A stretch of 64,000 nt of DNA from Acidimicrobiia bacterium (lineage in GTDB: Bacteria > Actinomycetota > Acidimicrobiia > Spongiisociales > ZC4RG35): assembly GCA_965215185.1 (NCBI GenBank), contig OZ244034.1:2080001-2144000 (forward strand), written 5' to 3'. The position numbers were made by a program, and so were the translations under genes. The stretch's first letter is position 1. Each line of letters opens with the position of its first letter. Under the pieces are notes generated by a model, which was not told where the DNA came from, made no database searches, and saw nothing but the letters and a program-made list of their open reading frames with translations. Shown here in pieces: positions 1 through 9,601 of this stretch.

Positions 1-390
1 AGAGATGCCCCCAAGGCCGCGGTCCCTGTGTCCCTGCGGAAGCGGGGCGACATCACCCAGCGGGGTGGCATGTCCCGGATAAGAGACCGCAAGGAAGAGC
101 AGCGACACATGAGGGATATCCGGCAAAGGGCTCACGCCTCCCGCCAGAAGGCGATCTCCGAACTGACCGATATGGCCGATAGCGGGGATTTGGCTGGGCG
201 CAGCCTTTCCACAGAAGCCTCCCAACTGCTACTCAACATGATCTCCAACGCGACCTCGGGGAGTTACGCCGACTACGGCATCCGGTGCGAAATCCGCAGG
301 GACAGCAACTCCCGAACGACCATCGAAACCACCGAGGGGTGGATGATCATCCGGGATCGGACGGTGGCGCTGGTCAGTGAGGAGGCATGA
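1..390 (+). CDS. jetA: C-terminal part of TIGR02677/DUF2397 family protein (type II Wadjet JetA-like), truncated by window edge
   Basis: Frame is open from base 1; the PVSLRKRG..RGGMSRIRD segment resembles the TIGR02677 C-terminus; its stop overlaps the next start (ATGA). Confidence 0.6.
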   Translation, partial: RDAPKAAVPVSLRKRGDITQRGGMSRIRDRKEEQRHMRDIRQRAHASRQKAISELTDMADSGDLAGRSLSTEASQLLLNMISNATSGSYADYGIRCEIRRDSNSRTTIETTEGWMIIRDRTVALVSEEA

Positions 391-1484
391 CCAACGCTCG
401 GGTATCCGAACTGAGAGAGGTCGCCCGCCATCTAGTGCGGCATCCTCTGGTCAACATCGAGGATGACCCTGACATGTTCACTCTGATCCGCCGACACGCC
501 CAGGAACTGAATCGGAGCTTCAGTCAGCGCTTCGGCTACCGGCTGGTGGTGAACCTGGACACCGCCCGTCTCTACAAGTCCACGGTGGTCACCCGCAGGC
601 CCTTCACCGCAGGAGCAAACAAGAGGGATTTCAAGCCCCGGGAATACACGATGCTGGCACTGGGACTGGCTGTCATGACATCCGGACAGAAGGTGATCAG
701 CCTCCAGGAACTGGTGGGCGACATGCGATCAGCGGCTGTCGAGGCCGAGGTTGACCAAATAGATGACTCCCATTCAGACCGGAGCGCGGTGGTGGCGGCG
801 CTGCGGTGGCTGATATCCCGCGGCGTGGTGGAGGAGAGCCATAAGAGCGTGGGGGGCTATATCGGAGATTCTTCCGCTGATGCGATACTGACGATCCACT
901 ACGACCGGGGCAAGCTCCTGCCCCTACTGGCGCTCTCATCCTCCGAGTCGGTGGGCCAACTGCTGGACAGGTCCGGCCAGAGTCCGAAGGCGCGAGTGCG
1001 GTCCTTTCTCCTGGAGGAGCCTGCGGTATACCGCGAGGATCTCACCGAGTCCGAGTGGCGGGAGTATCGGCACTACCGCTATCGGGAGGAGCCGATTTTC
1101 GAGGAGATGTTCGGCATGACCATCGAGACCCGCGCTGAGGGCATGGTGGCCATAGATGAGGATGGGGGGATGACGGATGAACACTTCCCTCGTGGCGGAG
1201 GAACGATACCCCAGGCCGCTTTACTCCTAGTCAGCCAACTCGCCGGTACCGACCGAGAAGATTTCGAGTGGAAAGAGATCGTGGAGACGGTGCGCCACCT
1301 CGCCAAACAACACCGGCACTACTGGTCGGCACTGGCCCGCGAACCCGAACAGTTGGCCCACCGCGCCGTAAAGGTACTCGCGGGTCACAGACTGGTTGAA
1401 AGCGCTGGCGGCACGGTGCGACTCCAGCCTGCCGCGTGGAGATATGCGGTTGAAGTCGCCTGTGAGCAAACCCCTCTGCTATGA
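387..1484 (+). CDS. jetB: TIGR02678/DUF2398 family protein (type II Wadjet JetB-like)
   Basis: 365 aa; F.LIRRH..EL, FGYRLVV...ARLYK, LLEEPAVY.EDL, E.RAEG, FP.GGT..QAALL and C-terminal PAAWRY motifs. Confidence 0.8.
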   Translation: MTNARVSELREVARHLVRHPLVNIEDDPDMFTLIRRHAQELNRSFSQRFGYRLVVNLDTARLYKSTVVTRRPFTAGANKRDFKPREYTMLALGLAVMTSGQKVISLQELVGDMRSAAVEAEVDQIDDSHSDRSAVVAALRWLISRGVVEESHKSVGGYIGDSSADAILTIHYDRGKLLPLLALSSSESVGQLLDRSGQSPKARVRSFLLEEPAVYREDLTESEWREYRHYRYREEPIFEEMFGMTIETRAEGMVAIDEDGGMTDEHFPRGGGTIPQAALLLVSQLAGTDREDFEWKEIVETVRHLAKQHRHYWSALAREPEQLAHRAVKVLAGHRLVESAGGTVRLQPAAWRYAVEVACEQTPLL

Positions 1485-2716
1485 TCCCCGACTCGTTGCG
1501 GGACCCTCAAATGTCGCCGGTATGGGCAGCGGCCCGGGCGCGACTCGACCGGGACGATCAGGTTCAGAGCCGGTTCATTCAACCCGAACTCAATCCCCAC
1601 AACCGCCACTGCCTCACCGGACTGCTCGGCCGGGAACCGACCAAGAGAATCGCCCTCGCGGCCATCGAGAGTGCCCTGGTTGAGCGTGGAATCGGGCACG
1701 ACCTAGACGAGGCGCTCAGTCGGCTCGGATATCCTCCCTCTCCAAAGGCGGTCGAGAGGATGGCCGAGAATGCTCGCATCTCCGGGGTCCGGGATGCGAT
1801 CAATACCCAAACCGCCTCATGGCCAGAACCGTGGGGCGGACAGTGGGCCAAAACCGTCATGAGGTCGGGGTTGCTGTCGGATGTTGGGGGAGAGGAAACC
1901 TCGCGTCTGGCCCATCGCGTGCGGATGATCCTCGATCTCCTCGATGACAACCCCGATGCTGTTTTTAGTCGTTGCGAGTTGGCTGCTCGCCTGTACGGGT
2001 CCTCGCATGCCCTAGATGGAAACCAAAAACTCTACCGTCTTGTGGAGCACGCTTTGAGGTTGCGATCCGAACGGACGGATCTAAGCGGACGAAAACTGTT
2101 TGAGCATGTCGGCATCGAGCACTCCTTGGTTGGAGCCCCCGTGCTGACATGGGCAGTCCCCGCGATCGGGGACACCCCGTTGGACAGGCAGATACGCGTA
2201 GCCAACCAAGGGGGTACCCCGCTTCACATCAACCTGTACACCTTGCGAAAATATAGAGTGAGCGTCCCCTCGGGTACAAAGGTATTGGTCGTAGAGAATC
2301 CCCGCTTAGTTGAAGCCGCCGCACAGAGACACCTCTCCGCATGCGTAATAGCGTCTAGCGGAACGCCGACCACCGCGGTCACCACGCTGTTGCGACAGAT
2401 AGCCGATTCCGATGCTGGAATATGGTTTCATACCGACTTCGACAAGGGGGGATTCCGGATAGGCAATTTCTGGCATGCGAGTGGATACGAACCCTGGATG
2501 ATGGCGCACACCGACTACCTCAGTGCAGTGAGCGCATCTGCGAGAGCGGGGCTAAACCTTCCCGTTGACACCACCCCAGAATCGTGTGGAGAACCCGCAT
2601 GGGACCGGAGTCTACGACCCGCCTACCAGGTCGAGTGCTTGGAGGTACACGAGGAAGTCGTTTCCGATGCCGTACTTGACGGGTTTGCTGATCACTTCCC
2701 TGCCGTTCCTTTTTAG
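1481..2716 (+). CDS. jetD: TIGR02679/DUF2399 toprim-fold nuclease (type II Wadjet JetD-like)
   Basis: 411 aa; ELAARLYGSSHALD, VVENP, HTDFDKGG (toprim DxD), PW.M...DY and terminal HEE motifs. Confidence 0.8.
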   Translation: MIPDSLRDPQMSPVWAAARARLDRDDQVQSRFIQPELNPHNRHCLTGLLGREPTKRIALAAIESALVERGIGHDLDEALSRLGYPPSPKAVERMAENARISGVRDAINTQTASWPEPWGGQWAKTVMRSGLLSDVGGEETSRLAHRVRMILDLLDDNPDAVFSRCELAARLYGSSHALDGNQKLYRLVEHALRLRSERTDLSGRKLFEHVGIEHSLVGAPVLTWAVPAIGDTPLDRQIRVANQGGTPLHINLYTLRKYRVSVPSGTKVLVVENPRLVEAAAQRHLSACVIASSGTPTTAVTTLLRQIADSDAGIWFHTDFDKGGFRIGNFWHASGYEPWMMAHTDYLSAVSASARAGLNLPVDTTPESCGEPAWDRSLRPAYQVECLEVHEEVVSDAVLDGFADHFPAVPF

Positions 2717-2824
2717 ATAGATGGTTATTCCTATCCCCAGCGTCCCGAACGATCCTGAACGCCTGTACTTCCCACCACTCCGGGTTCCGCCCAGACGGTC
2801 ATAACGCCCACATGTGAACACTCG

Positions 2825-2975
2825 CGCCGGTCGCGTGCGCTGTGACTGACCGCTTCATGGTCATAGTTGTCCATGTTGTCATACGCCGCGTTCCCATCGG
2901 TAAACACGGAGGCTCCCCCTTTCACCCATGATCGCACAAATCCCTGCAAAGTACGGGTGGTCGGGACAAATCCAA
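2825..2975 (-). mobile_element. IS1595-family transposase remnant
   Basis: Translates to TLQGFVRSWVKGGASVFTDGNAAYDNMDNYDHEAVSHS, the TD..aY...HxxVxHS core of IS1595/ISXO2 DDE transposases; no intact ORF or ends. Confidence 0.7.
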
Positions 2976-3042
2976 GTTCAAATCCGTGTGTAGGATCGTA
3001 TATAGGTCCCTTATTAAAGACTTACGAATAACTGTGAGAACC

Positions 3043-5484
3043 CTAGCCGCGGGTGCGGGGAGTGTAGAAGGACCTGAGCGAGGCGGTAGCGGGAATCCGC
3101 ACCCCTGCCACTTCGATCTCGTACTCCCCGGCCTCGAGCCAGGCCTTGTCGATGCCGTCGGGGTGCACCAGGTATCCCATGGCCAGGCACCGATCCTCGA
3201 TATAGCTCCACATGCCCGAGGTGGTGCGACCTAGGATCTCTCCGTTCCGGAAGATGGGCTCGTCGTGATAGAGGAGTCGGTCTGGGTCCTCCAGGCGGAA
3301 CTGGATCAAGCGCTTGGAGAGGCGGCGTCCCCGCTGGGATTCCAGGGCCTCCTTGCCGCAGAACCCGCTGGGCTTGCTCCAGTCCACCGCGAATCCGAGG
3401 CCGGCCTCCAGCGGAGTGTCCTCGTCGGTGATGTCATGTCCCCAGTGGCGGTAGCCCGCCTCCAACCGGAGGGAGTTCATGGCGTGGAAACCAGCGTGGC
3501 GAAGCCCGTGGACGGCGCCTTCAGCCACAACCGCGTCGTGGAGCGCTACCGCCCCGTCCTCGGGAACGTACAACTCCCAACCCAACTCGCCCACGTAGCT
3601 CACCCGCATGGCCAGCACCCGGTGACCGGCCACCTTGATCTCCTGGTAAGTGCCGAAAGGAAAGGCCTCGTCCGAAAGATCGGCCTCGGTGAGAGCCGAC
3701 AGGAGGTCTCTCGACCGGGGACCCATGACTCCCAGGACCGTCAAGGCAGCCGTGACGTCACGGATCTTCACGGCGTGGCTCCGGGCGGCCCGGCGGAGGT
3801 GCGCCCAGTCCCGGGTGGGCGCGCCGGAGCCGGAAACCACCAGGAAGCGTTCTTCGGAGAGCCTGGTAACCGTCAGATCGGCCTCTATCCCGCCGCGAGG
3901 ATTCAGCCACTGCGTGTAGACAACTTTGCCCCGGGGACCGGGGACCCGGCCGGCCGAGATCCAGCCCAACAGCCGGGCGGCGTCGGGACCCTCCACCTCG
4001 TACTTGACAAAGGACGTCTGATCGAAGAGGCCGACCGCCCGGCGAACGGCCAAGCACTCCTCGCCCGACGCCTCCCACCAGTTCTGCTTGCCATAGGAGT
4101 AGCGGTAGCGACGCTCCATGCCTTCGGTGGCATACCAGTTGGGCCGCTCCCAGCCGGACATCTCCCCGAAGACCGCTCCGGCCCCGGCCAGCCGATCGTG
4201 GAGTGGCGAGCGCTTCACATCCCGGGCACTCTCGTACTGGAAGAATGGCCAGTGCATGGCATAGAGAAGACCCAGGCTCTCCGATATCCGCTCTTTCAAG
4301 AATCCCGGGTCGGTCTGATGGGGCTGGGCTCGGCGAATATCCACCGGCCAAAGGTCACGGGGAGGATGGCCGTCTATGATCCAATCAGCCAAAACCCACC
4401 CCACTCCTCCGGCCGATTGAATGCCAACCGAGTTGAATCCGGCCGCCACGAAACACCGGTCCACCTCGGGAGACTCCCCCAGGTAGTAGACCCCATCGGG
4501 CGTGAAAGCCTCCGGGCCGTTGAAGAAGAGCTGTATCCCCACCTCACCCAGGGCGGGGACCCGGTGGATGGAACGCTCAAAGATCGGCCCCACATGCTCC
4601 CAGTCCTCGGGAAGCCGCCCGAAGCTGAAGTCTCGGGGGACCTCGTTGAGATTCCAAACCTTGCCACGCGGTTCGAAGAAACCGGCCATGATTTTGCCGG
4701 TCTCCTCCTTGAAATACGTGTAGTTGGTGGGATCCCGTAAGGTGGGCATCCCTGGCGGCACTCCATCGAGAGGCTCGGTCACCAAGTAGAAGTGCTCACA
4801 GGCCTGTAGCGGCACCCGCACCCCGGCGGTAGCGGCCAACTGGCGGGTCCAGATTCCCGCCGCCAGCACCACTGCCTCGCACTCCACATACCCTTGCTCG
4901 GTCTCCACTCCCACCACCCGCCCGTTCCTGACCCGCAGCGATTCCACCGCCACCCCCTCTCTGATCCGAACTCCCCGATCTTTGGCGCCCTTGGCTAGGG
5001 ACATGGTGGTGTCCACCGGACTGGTCTGCCCGTCATGGGGAATCCAAGCCGCCCCCACCAGATCGTCGGTGCGTACCAGCGGCCATCGTTCCCGCAGTTC
5101 GTCGAAGTCCATCTGGCGCATCTCCACTCCCACAGTTCGGGCCATGGAGAGCCCCCGCATGATCTCCTCCCACCGTTGGTGGTCAGACGCCACCGATATG
5201 GAACCCACCGCCCGGTAACCGGTGGCCTGCCCAGTTTCGGCTTCCAGTTCTTGAAAGAGTCGCGCCGAGTAGGTAGCCAAGCGGGTGAGGCTGTGGGATG
5301 ATTTCAGTTGGCTGACCAGCCCAGCCGCATGCCAAGTGGTCCCACCGGTGAGTTTTCCCTGCTCCATCAGCAGCACATCGGTCACCCCGCGGCGGGCCAG
5401 ATGATAGGCGACGCTGCATCCAACGATCCCCCCGCCCACTACCACCACTTGGGCCCGGGAGGGCAGCACACCGGCGCCCGCCAT
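3043..5484 (-). CDS. GcvT-family FAD/THF-dependent oxidoreductase (sarcosine/dimethylglycine dehydrogenase-like)
   Basis: 813 aa; GGGIVG FAD motif, GTTWHAAGL, GPEAFTPDG, GWERP, SYVGELGWELY, GcvT-type C-terminus. Confidence 0.9.
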   Translation of the reverse strand: MAGAGVLPSRAQVVVVGGGIVGCSVAYHLARRGVTDVLLMEQGKLTGGTTWHAAGLVSQLKSSHSLTRLATYSARLFQELEAETGQATGYRAVGSISVASDHQRWEEIMRGLSMARTVGVEMRQMDFDELRERWPLVRTDDLVGAAWIPHDGQTSPVDTTMSLAKGAKDRGVRIREGVAVESLRVRNGRVVGVETEQGYVECEAVVLAAGIWTRQLAATAGVRVPLQACEHFYLVTEPLDGVPPGMPTLRDPTNYTYFKEETGKIMAGFFEPRGKVWNLNEVPRDFSFGRLPEDWEHVGPIFERSIHRVPALGEVGIQLFFNGPEAFTPDGVYYLGESPEVDRCFVAAGFNSVGIQSAGGVGWVLADWIIDGHPPRDLWPVDIRRAQPHQTDPGFLKERISESLGLLYAMHWPFFQYESARDVKRSPLHDRLAGAGAVFGEMSGWERPNWYATEGMERRYRYSYGKQNWWEASGEECLAVRRAVGLFDQTSFVKYEVEGPDAARLLGWISAGRVPGPRGKVVYTQWLNPRGGIEADLTVTRLSEERFLVVSGSGAPTRDWAHLRRAARSHAVKIRDVTAALTVLGVMGPRSRDLLSALTEADLSDEAFPFGTYQEIKVAGHRVLAMRVSYVGELGWELYVPEDGAVALHDAVVAEGAVHGLRHAGFHAMNSLRLEAGYRHWGHDITDEDTPLEAGLGFAVDWSKPSGFCGKEALESQRGRRLSKRLIQFRLEDPDRLLYHDEPIFRNGEILGRTTSGMWSYIEDRCLAMGYLVHPDGIDKAWLEAGEYEIEVAGVRIPATASLRSFYTPRTRG

Positions 5485-5501
5485 GGGCTCCGGGGGCGAA
5501 A

Positions 5502-7052
5502 TCAGCCGCCCCTCACCGATTCGACCGGAAGCCTGATGGGAAACCGCTCTCTCAACATCTCGTCCACCTCGGGGGGGACGTGACTGGGAAAGTGGCTGGC
5601 CAGCGTCTCAATGACGTATTCATGCGCGCGGTCGGAGGCCGAAAGTTTGCCTGCGTCGCTCCAGTCGTCGGGGCTGAGTCGGTCCCCTATCTTCGGGTAC
5701 AGGTACTCCCGTTGCATCACCCGAAGCGTCTGTTCGTGTCCGAGAAAATGCCCCTCTCCGGAAATCACCTCCTTGACCACCTGGGTGGCCAAGCTGTCCG
5801 GGTTGACCTCTATGCCCCGAACCGTCCGGTTGACCGCCCCCAGCAAATCGTTGTCGACCACCATCATCTCCAGTGAACAGGCCAGAAGCGAAGCCATCAT
5901 CCCCGCCGATTCGTAAACCAGATTGGCCCCGGCCAGAGCGGCCAAGGCCACAGTGAGGCCCTTTTCGTGTCCGGCTTGGGCGTCGACCAGCTTAGAGTCG
6001 CTCATCCCCGCCGGAACCCCCGAGGGAAGTCCCAGCCAATTGGCGAGTTGCGCTCCGCCCGCGGACAGCACCGCCTCCTCCCCACTGCCTCCGGTCATGG
6101 CGCCGGTGCGCAGATCGGAGACGAATGGCCACAGCCCCATAACGCAGGGGTGTCCCGGCGACATCATGTTGATGCAGGTCAGGGCGGCCAGGCACTCCGC
6201 CAAGGCTTGGACCAGCGACCCGGCTAGCGTGGCAGGGGAAGTTGCCCCGGCCTGACCGGCGGACAACAGATTGATGGGCATTCCGGTCCTCACCTGCGCC
6301 ACCATGCCTTCCGCCGTCTCCTTGGCAAACCGCAGCGGAGGAACCACAAAGGTGCTGTTGGCCACAATGAAGGGGCGCTTCCGGAACTCACCGGGTCCGC
6401 CCATCACCATGTCACACATCTCGACCACCTCATAGACGTGAGCGGCTTGGAAGAACGAGGTCCCGATCGGCTTGGTAGTGCCCATCATGGTGGCATAGGC
6501 GGTGTTGATGTCCACCTCCCTGGCCCCGTCCACTTCGCGGGTGACAACCGGTCGCACGAAAAAGTGGATGTGTTCGAGGGTGTCGGCCAGGCGAGACAGA
6601 TCGTAGAGGTCCTGAGTAGTGGAATGCCGATACGACTGGGTTAGATGGTCGAGAATGAGAACCGCGGCCCCCGCGGTCCCAAAATGCACCTTCTGGTCAG
6701 AAAGCTCAATGGAGCGACTCTCATCGAGGCCGTGCCATACCCACGACTTGGCGGCCACCTCGATCGCTCGTTCCACCAGCGACCTCGGAAACCGCAGCCG
6801 TCCATCGTCGTCAACCCACCCGCCGTTGGCCACCACCGCCTCTATGAACTCAGGGATCGGATCACCCATCCCCACCTCCTCCAACAGATCCAAGGAGGCC
6901 CCGTATACGCTCTCCATATCCGATTGGGACAGCGGTTGGTAAGCGCCACCCGACTGGCCCGGCCTCACCGGACGATCAACCTTCTTCAGCCCAGCGGCGC
7001 GGGCGGCGACCCGAGCCGCCCTTCCTCCTGACCGGCGACTGCCCCGCCCCAT
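5502..7052 (-). CDS. MttB-superfamily (non-pyrrolysine) trimethylamine/glycine betaine methyltransferase
   Basis: 516 aa; FGTAGAA, GATSPATLAG.L.Q..AE.L, SDLRTGA, DSKLVDAQAG.EK, GHFLG; no in-frame amber codon. Confidence 0.9.
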   Translation of the reverse strand: MGRGSRRSGGRAARVAARAAGLKKVDRPVRPGQSGGAYQPLSQSDMESVYGASLDLLEEVGMGDPIPEFIEAVVANGGWVDDDGRLRFPRSLVERAIEVAAKSWVWHGLDESRSIELSDQKVHFGTAGAAVLILDHLTQSYRHSTTQDLYDLSRLADTLEHIHFFVRPVVTREVDGAREVDINTAYATMMGTTKPIGTSFFQAAHVYEVVEMCDMVMGGPGEFRKRPFIVANSTFVVPPLRFAKETAEGMVAQVRTGMPINLLSAGQAGATSPATLAGSLVQALAECLAALTCINMMSPGHPCVMGLWPFVSDLRTGAMTGGSGEEAVLSAGGAQLANWLGLPSGVPAGMSDSKLVDAQAGHEKGLTVALAALAGANLVYESAGMMASLLACSLEMMVVDNDLLGAVNRTVRGIEVNPDSLATQVVKEVISGEGHFLGHEQTLRVMQREYLYPKIGDRLSPDDWSDAGKLSASDRAHEYVIETLASHFPSHVPPEVDEMLRERFPIRLPVESVRGG

Positions 7053-9466
7053 CAGGCCCGCAACCTTTGACTACGGGGATCCCAGGCCGGCCCGGCCAAT
7101 ACCCGGGCCGGGCGGCGGGATCCCATCACCCGGATCTGGAACTGCGAGCCGGGTGCGCGATAGTCGGGGTGAACATAGGCGAAGAACAGACTCTTGCCCA
7201 CCGAATACCCGTAAGCGCCGGAAGTGGTGAGCCCCATCATCTTTCCTCCCCCGTAAACCGGTTCATTTCCCCGGCAGTCGGCATCGACGGCATCCATCTC
7301 ACCATATACACACACCCAGGCAAGCTCGGATTCCCGCCGGGCCAGGGACGCGGCTTTCCCTTGGAACTCCTTGTTGTAATCGATGAATCGCTCGATATCC
7401 GCCTCCACCGGTGTGATTTCGGTAGTCAACTCCAACCCGTGAGCCTTGTAGGCCTTTTCAATGCGCATCACGTTCATGGCGTAACTTCCGAAGTCGCTCA
7501 ACCCCAGCCCCTCGCCCGCTTTCTGTATGGCGGCGTACAGCCTGGTCATCTCCTCCAAGGGGTGGTGTAGCTCCCAGCCTAGCTCGCCCACATAGCTCAC
7601 CCTCAACGCCAGACAAGGCACTCCCGCCACATTGATCTCCTGTCCGGTGAGCCAGGGAAACCGCTTAGTGGTGAGGGCGGCGCCGGTGAGTTGTTCCAGA
7701 AGTTCCCTTGACCGAGGGCCTGTCACTGCCAGGATCCCCCGCTCGTTGGTGACATCGGTGACGGTCACCTGCTCGCCGGGCAGAACATGGTGGCGGAGCC
7801 AGTCCTGGTCATGCTGCTCGGCCATTATCGAAGAGTTAAGGTAGAAGCGGTCGTCAGCCAACCGGGTGATAGTCACCTCCCCCTCGATGCCTCCCAGAGT
7901 GGTCAGCAGGTGCGCCAACCGCACGCCACCCTGTCGCAGGGGAAGACGGTTGGCGGCCAGCCGATCCAGTAGAGCCCCCGCGTCGGGCCCGGTCACTTCC
8001 AGTTTGGTAAAGGCAGTGAGGTCGGCGACGCCCACCCGGTTGCGAACCCCCGCCACCTCTTCTCCAACAGGCCCGAACGCCGAGGACCGCCGGAAGGAAT
8101 ACTCCTCCGGAAGCCCGTCTGATGAGAAATACCGGGCCCGTTCCCAGCCGTAGATTTCCTGGAACTGGGCGCCCTTTCGGGCCAGCGTTTCATAGAGCGG
8201 AGTCCGTTTGACGGGCCTCCCCGCCTCTCGGTATTCGCCCGGCATGCGGACCTGATACATCTCGTGATATTCGTCAAGCGATTTTGCCAGGGTGAAATCT
8301 CCGGGTGCGTGGGGCCCGAAGCGCCGGGGGTCCATTTCGGCCACATTGATCTCGGTCTGGCCATGTACCATCCACTGCGCCAAGTACTTGCCGGCGCCCG
8401 GACCCTGAGTGACGCCGATGGAAGTCCCCACGCACATCCAATAGTTTTTCAAACCGGGGGCGGGACCCATCAGATAACCGGAGTCGGGAGTGTGGGTGAT
8501 CGGGCCGGACACCACCCGTTTGATGCCGGCCTCGCCAAAGGCGGGGATTCGACGAGCGGCCAGATCCAGCCAAGGAAGGAGCTTCTCCACATCGGGCGGA
8601 AGCAGATGGAAAGTGAGGTCCCAGTCGATTCCCTCCAGCCCGTAGGGCAAAGCGCCATCCGTCTCGTAGGGGCCGATCACCAGCCCGTCGTGCTCCTGGC
8701 GGTAGTAGCAGGAGGCCCGGGGATCGCGCACCACGGGGAGTTCGAAGTCCACAGCAGCCACCGCCGGGATCGCCTCGGTGACAATGTATTGGTGAATCAC
8801 CGAGACAATCGGCGTCTCCAACCCGACCATGGCAGCCAGCTGCGGCCCAAAGTGACCGGCGGCGTTCACCACATGTTCGGAGACGATGCGTCCTTGCTCG
8901 GTGATGGTCTCCCAGCGCCCGTCCGGCATCCGGTTCATGCCGAGCACCCGATTGCGCCGTACTATCTCGGCGCCCAGTTGGCGGGCGCCAGCAGCCATGG
9001 CGTTAGTGGCCGAGGATGGATCCGTCCACCCGTCGTGAGGGGTGTGGAGCCCCAGCACCACCCCTTCGGTGTCCAAGAGTGGATGCAACCCGAGGATCTC
9101 GGTGGGGCTCACCAAGTGCGATTCGACCCCCACTAATTCCAGGACTCCTTGTACATAGTGGAACCAGTCGGCTTCGTTGGAGTTGGTGGCCAGGCGCACC
9201 GCGCCGCAGCCGTGCCAGCCGGTGTGCAGACCGGTCTCTTCTTCAAGCCGGCGGTAAAGATCGGTACCGTGAGCGTGAACCTTGGCCATGTTGAGGCTGC
9301 CTATGAAGTGCGGTACCAGGCCAGCGGCATGCCATGTGGAGCCCGATCCCAGTTCGTCCTTTTCCACCAGCACCGTGTCTGTCCATCCCTCGTGCGCCAA
9401 GTGATACAGCAACCCGACCCCCATCGCTCCTCCACCCACGATTACACAGCGCGCCTCTTCTCTCAT
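7052..9466 (-). CDS. Dimethylglycine dehydrogenase-like GcvT-family protein
   Basis: GGGAMG, SGSTWHAAGL, SGPITHTPD, GWERA, SYVGELGWELH; start set at ATG 9466, 7 nt after GGAGG. Confidence 0.9.
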   Translation of the reverse strand: MREEARCVIVGGGAMGVGLLYHLAHEGWTDTVLVEKDELGSGSTWHAAGLVPHFIGSLNMAKVHAHGTDLYRRLEEETGLHTGWHGCGAVRLATNSNEADWFHYVQGVLELVGVESHLVSPTEILGLHPLLDTEGVVLGLHTPHDGWTDPSSATNAMAAGARQLGAEIVRRNRVLGMNRMPDGRWETITEQGRIVSEHVVNAAGHFGPQLAAMVGLETPIVSVIHQYIVTEAIPAVAAVDFELPVVRDPRASCYYRQEHDGLVIGPYETDGALPYGLEGIDWDLTFHLLPPDVEKLLPWLDLAARRIPAFGEAGIKRVVSGPITHTPDSGYLMGPAPGLKNYWMCVGTSIGVTQGPGAGKYLAQWMVHGQTEINVAEMDPRRFGPHAPGDFTLAKSLDEYHEMYQVRMPGEYREAGRPVKRTPLYETLARKGAQFQEIYGWERARYFSSDGLPEEYSFRRSSAFGPVGEEVAGVRNRVGVADLTAFTKLEVTGPDAGALLDRLAANRLPLRQGGVRLAHLLTTLGGIEGEVTITRLADDRFYLNSSIMAEQHDQDWLRHHVLPGEQVTVTDVTNERGILAVTGPRSRELLEQLTGAALTTKRFPWLTGQEINVAGVPCLALRVSYVGELGWELHHPLEEMTRLYAAIQKAGEGLGLSDFGSYAMNVMRIEKAYKAHGLELTTEITPVEADIERFIDYNKEFQGKAASLARRESELAWVCVYGEMDAVDADCRGNEPVYGGGKMMGLTTSGAYGYSVGKSLFFAYVHPDYRAPGSQFQIRVMGSRRPARVLAGPAWDPRSQRLRA

Positions 9467-9601
9467 GCCGCGGCCTCCATGATCCACGCGGTGCCAACAG
9501 AAACGACATTATATCTGTTTTTTTCTCCCAGGTAGTTCCAAACACTGGAATATTCCAACTAATGATATGATGGCCCTATCTCAGATCTCGGAGGCTTGGA
9601 T

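Noticed and set aside
3265-4740. Long antisense ORFs (this one and, e.g., 42970-44043, 53499-54911, 34122-35069)
   Set aside because: Stop-poor shadow frames expected from GC-rich codon usage; no motifs
5502-7052. Pyrrolysine usage (MttB family plus in-frame TAGs at 16513 and 46420)
   Set aside because: MttB has no amber codon; the other TAGs lie in a decayed gene or a signal region; no pyl genes in the window
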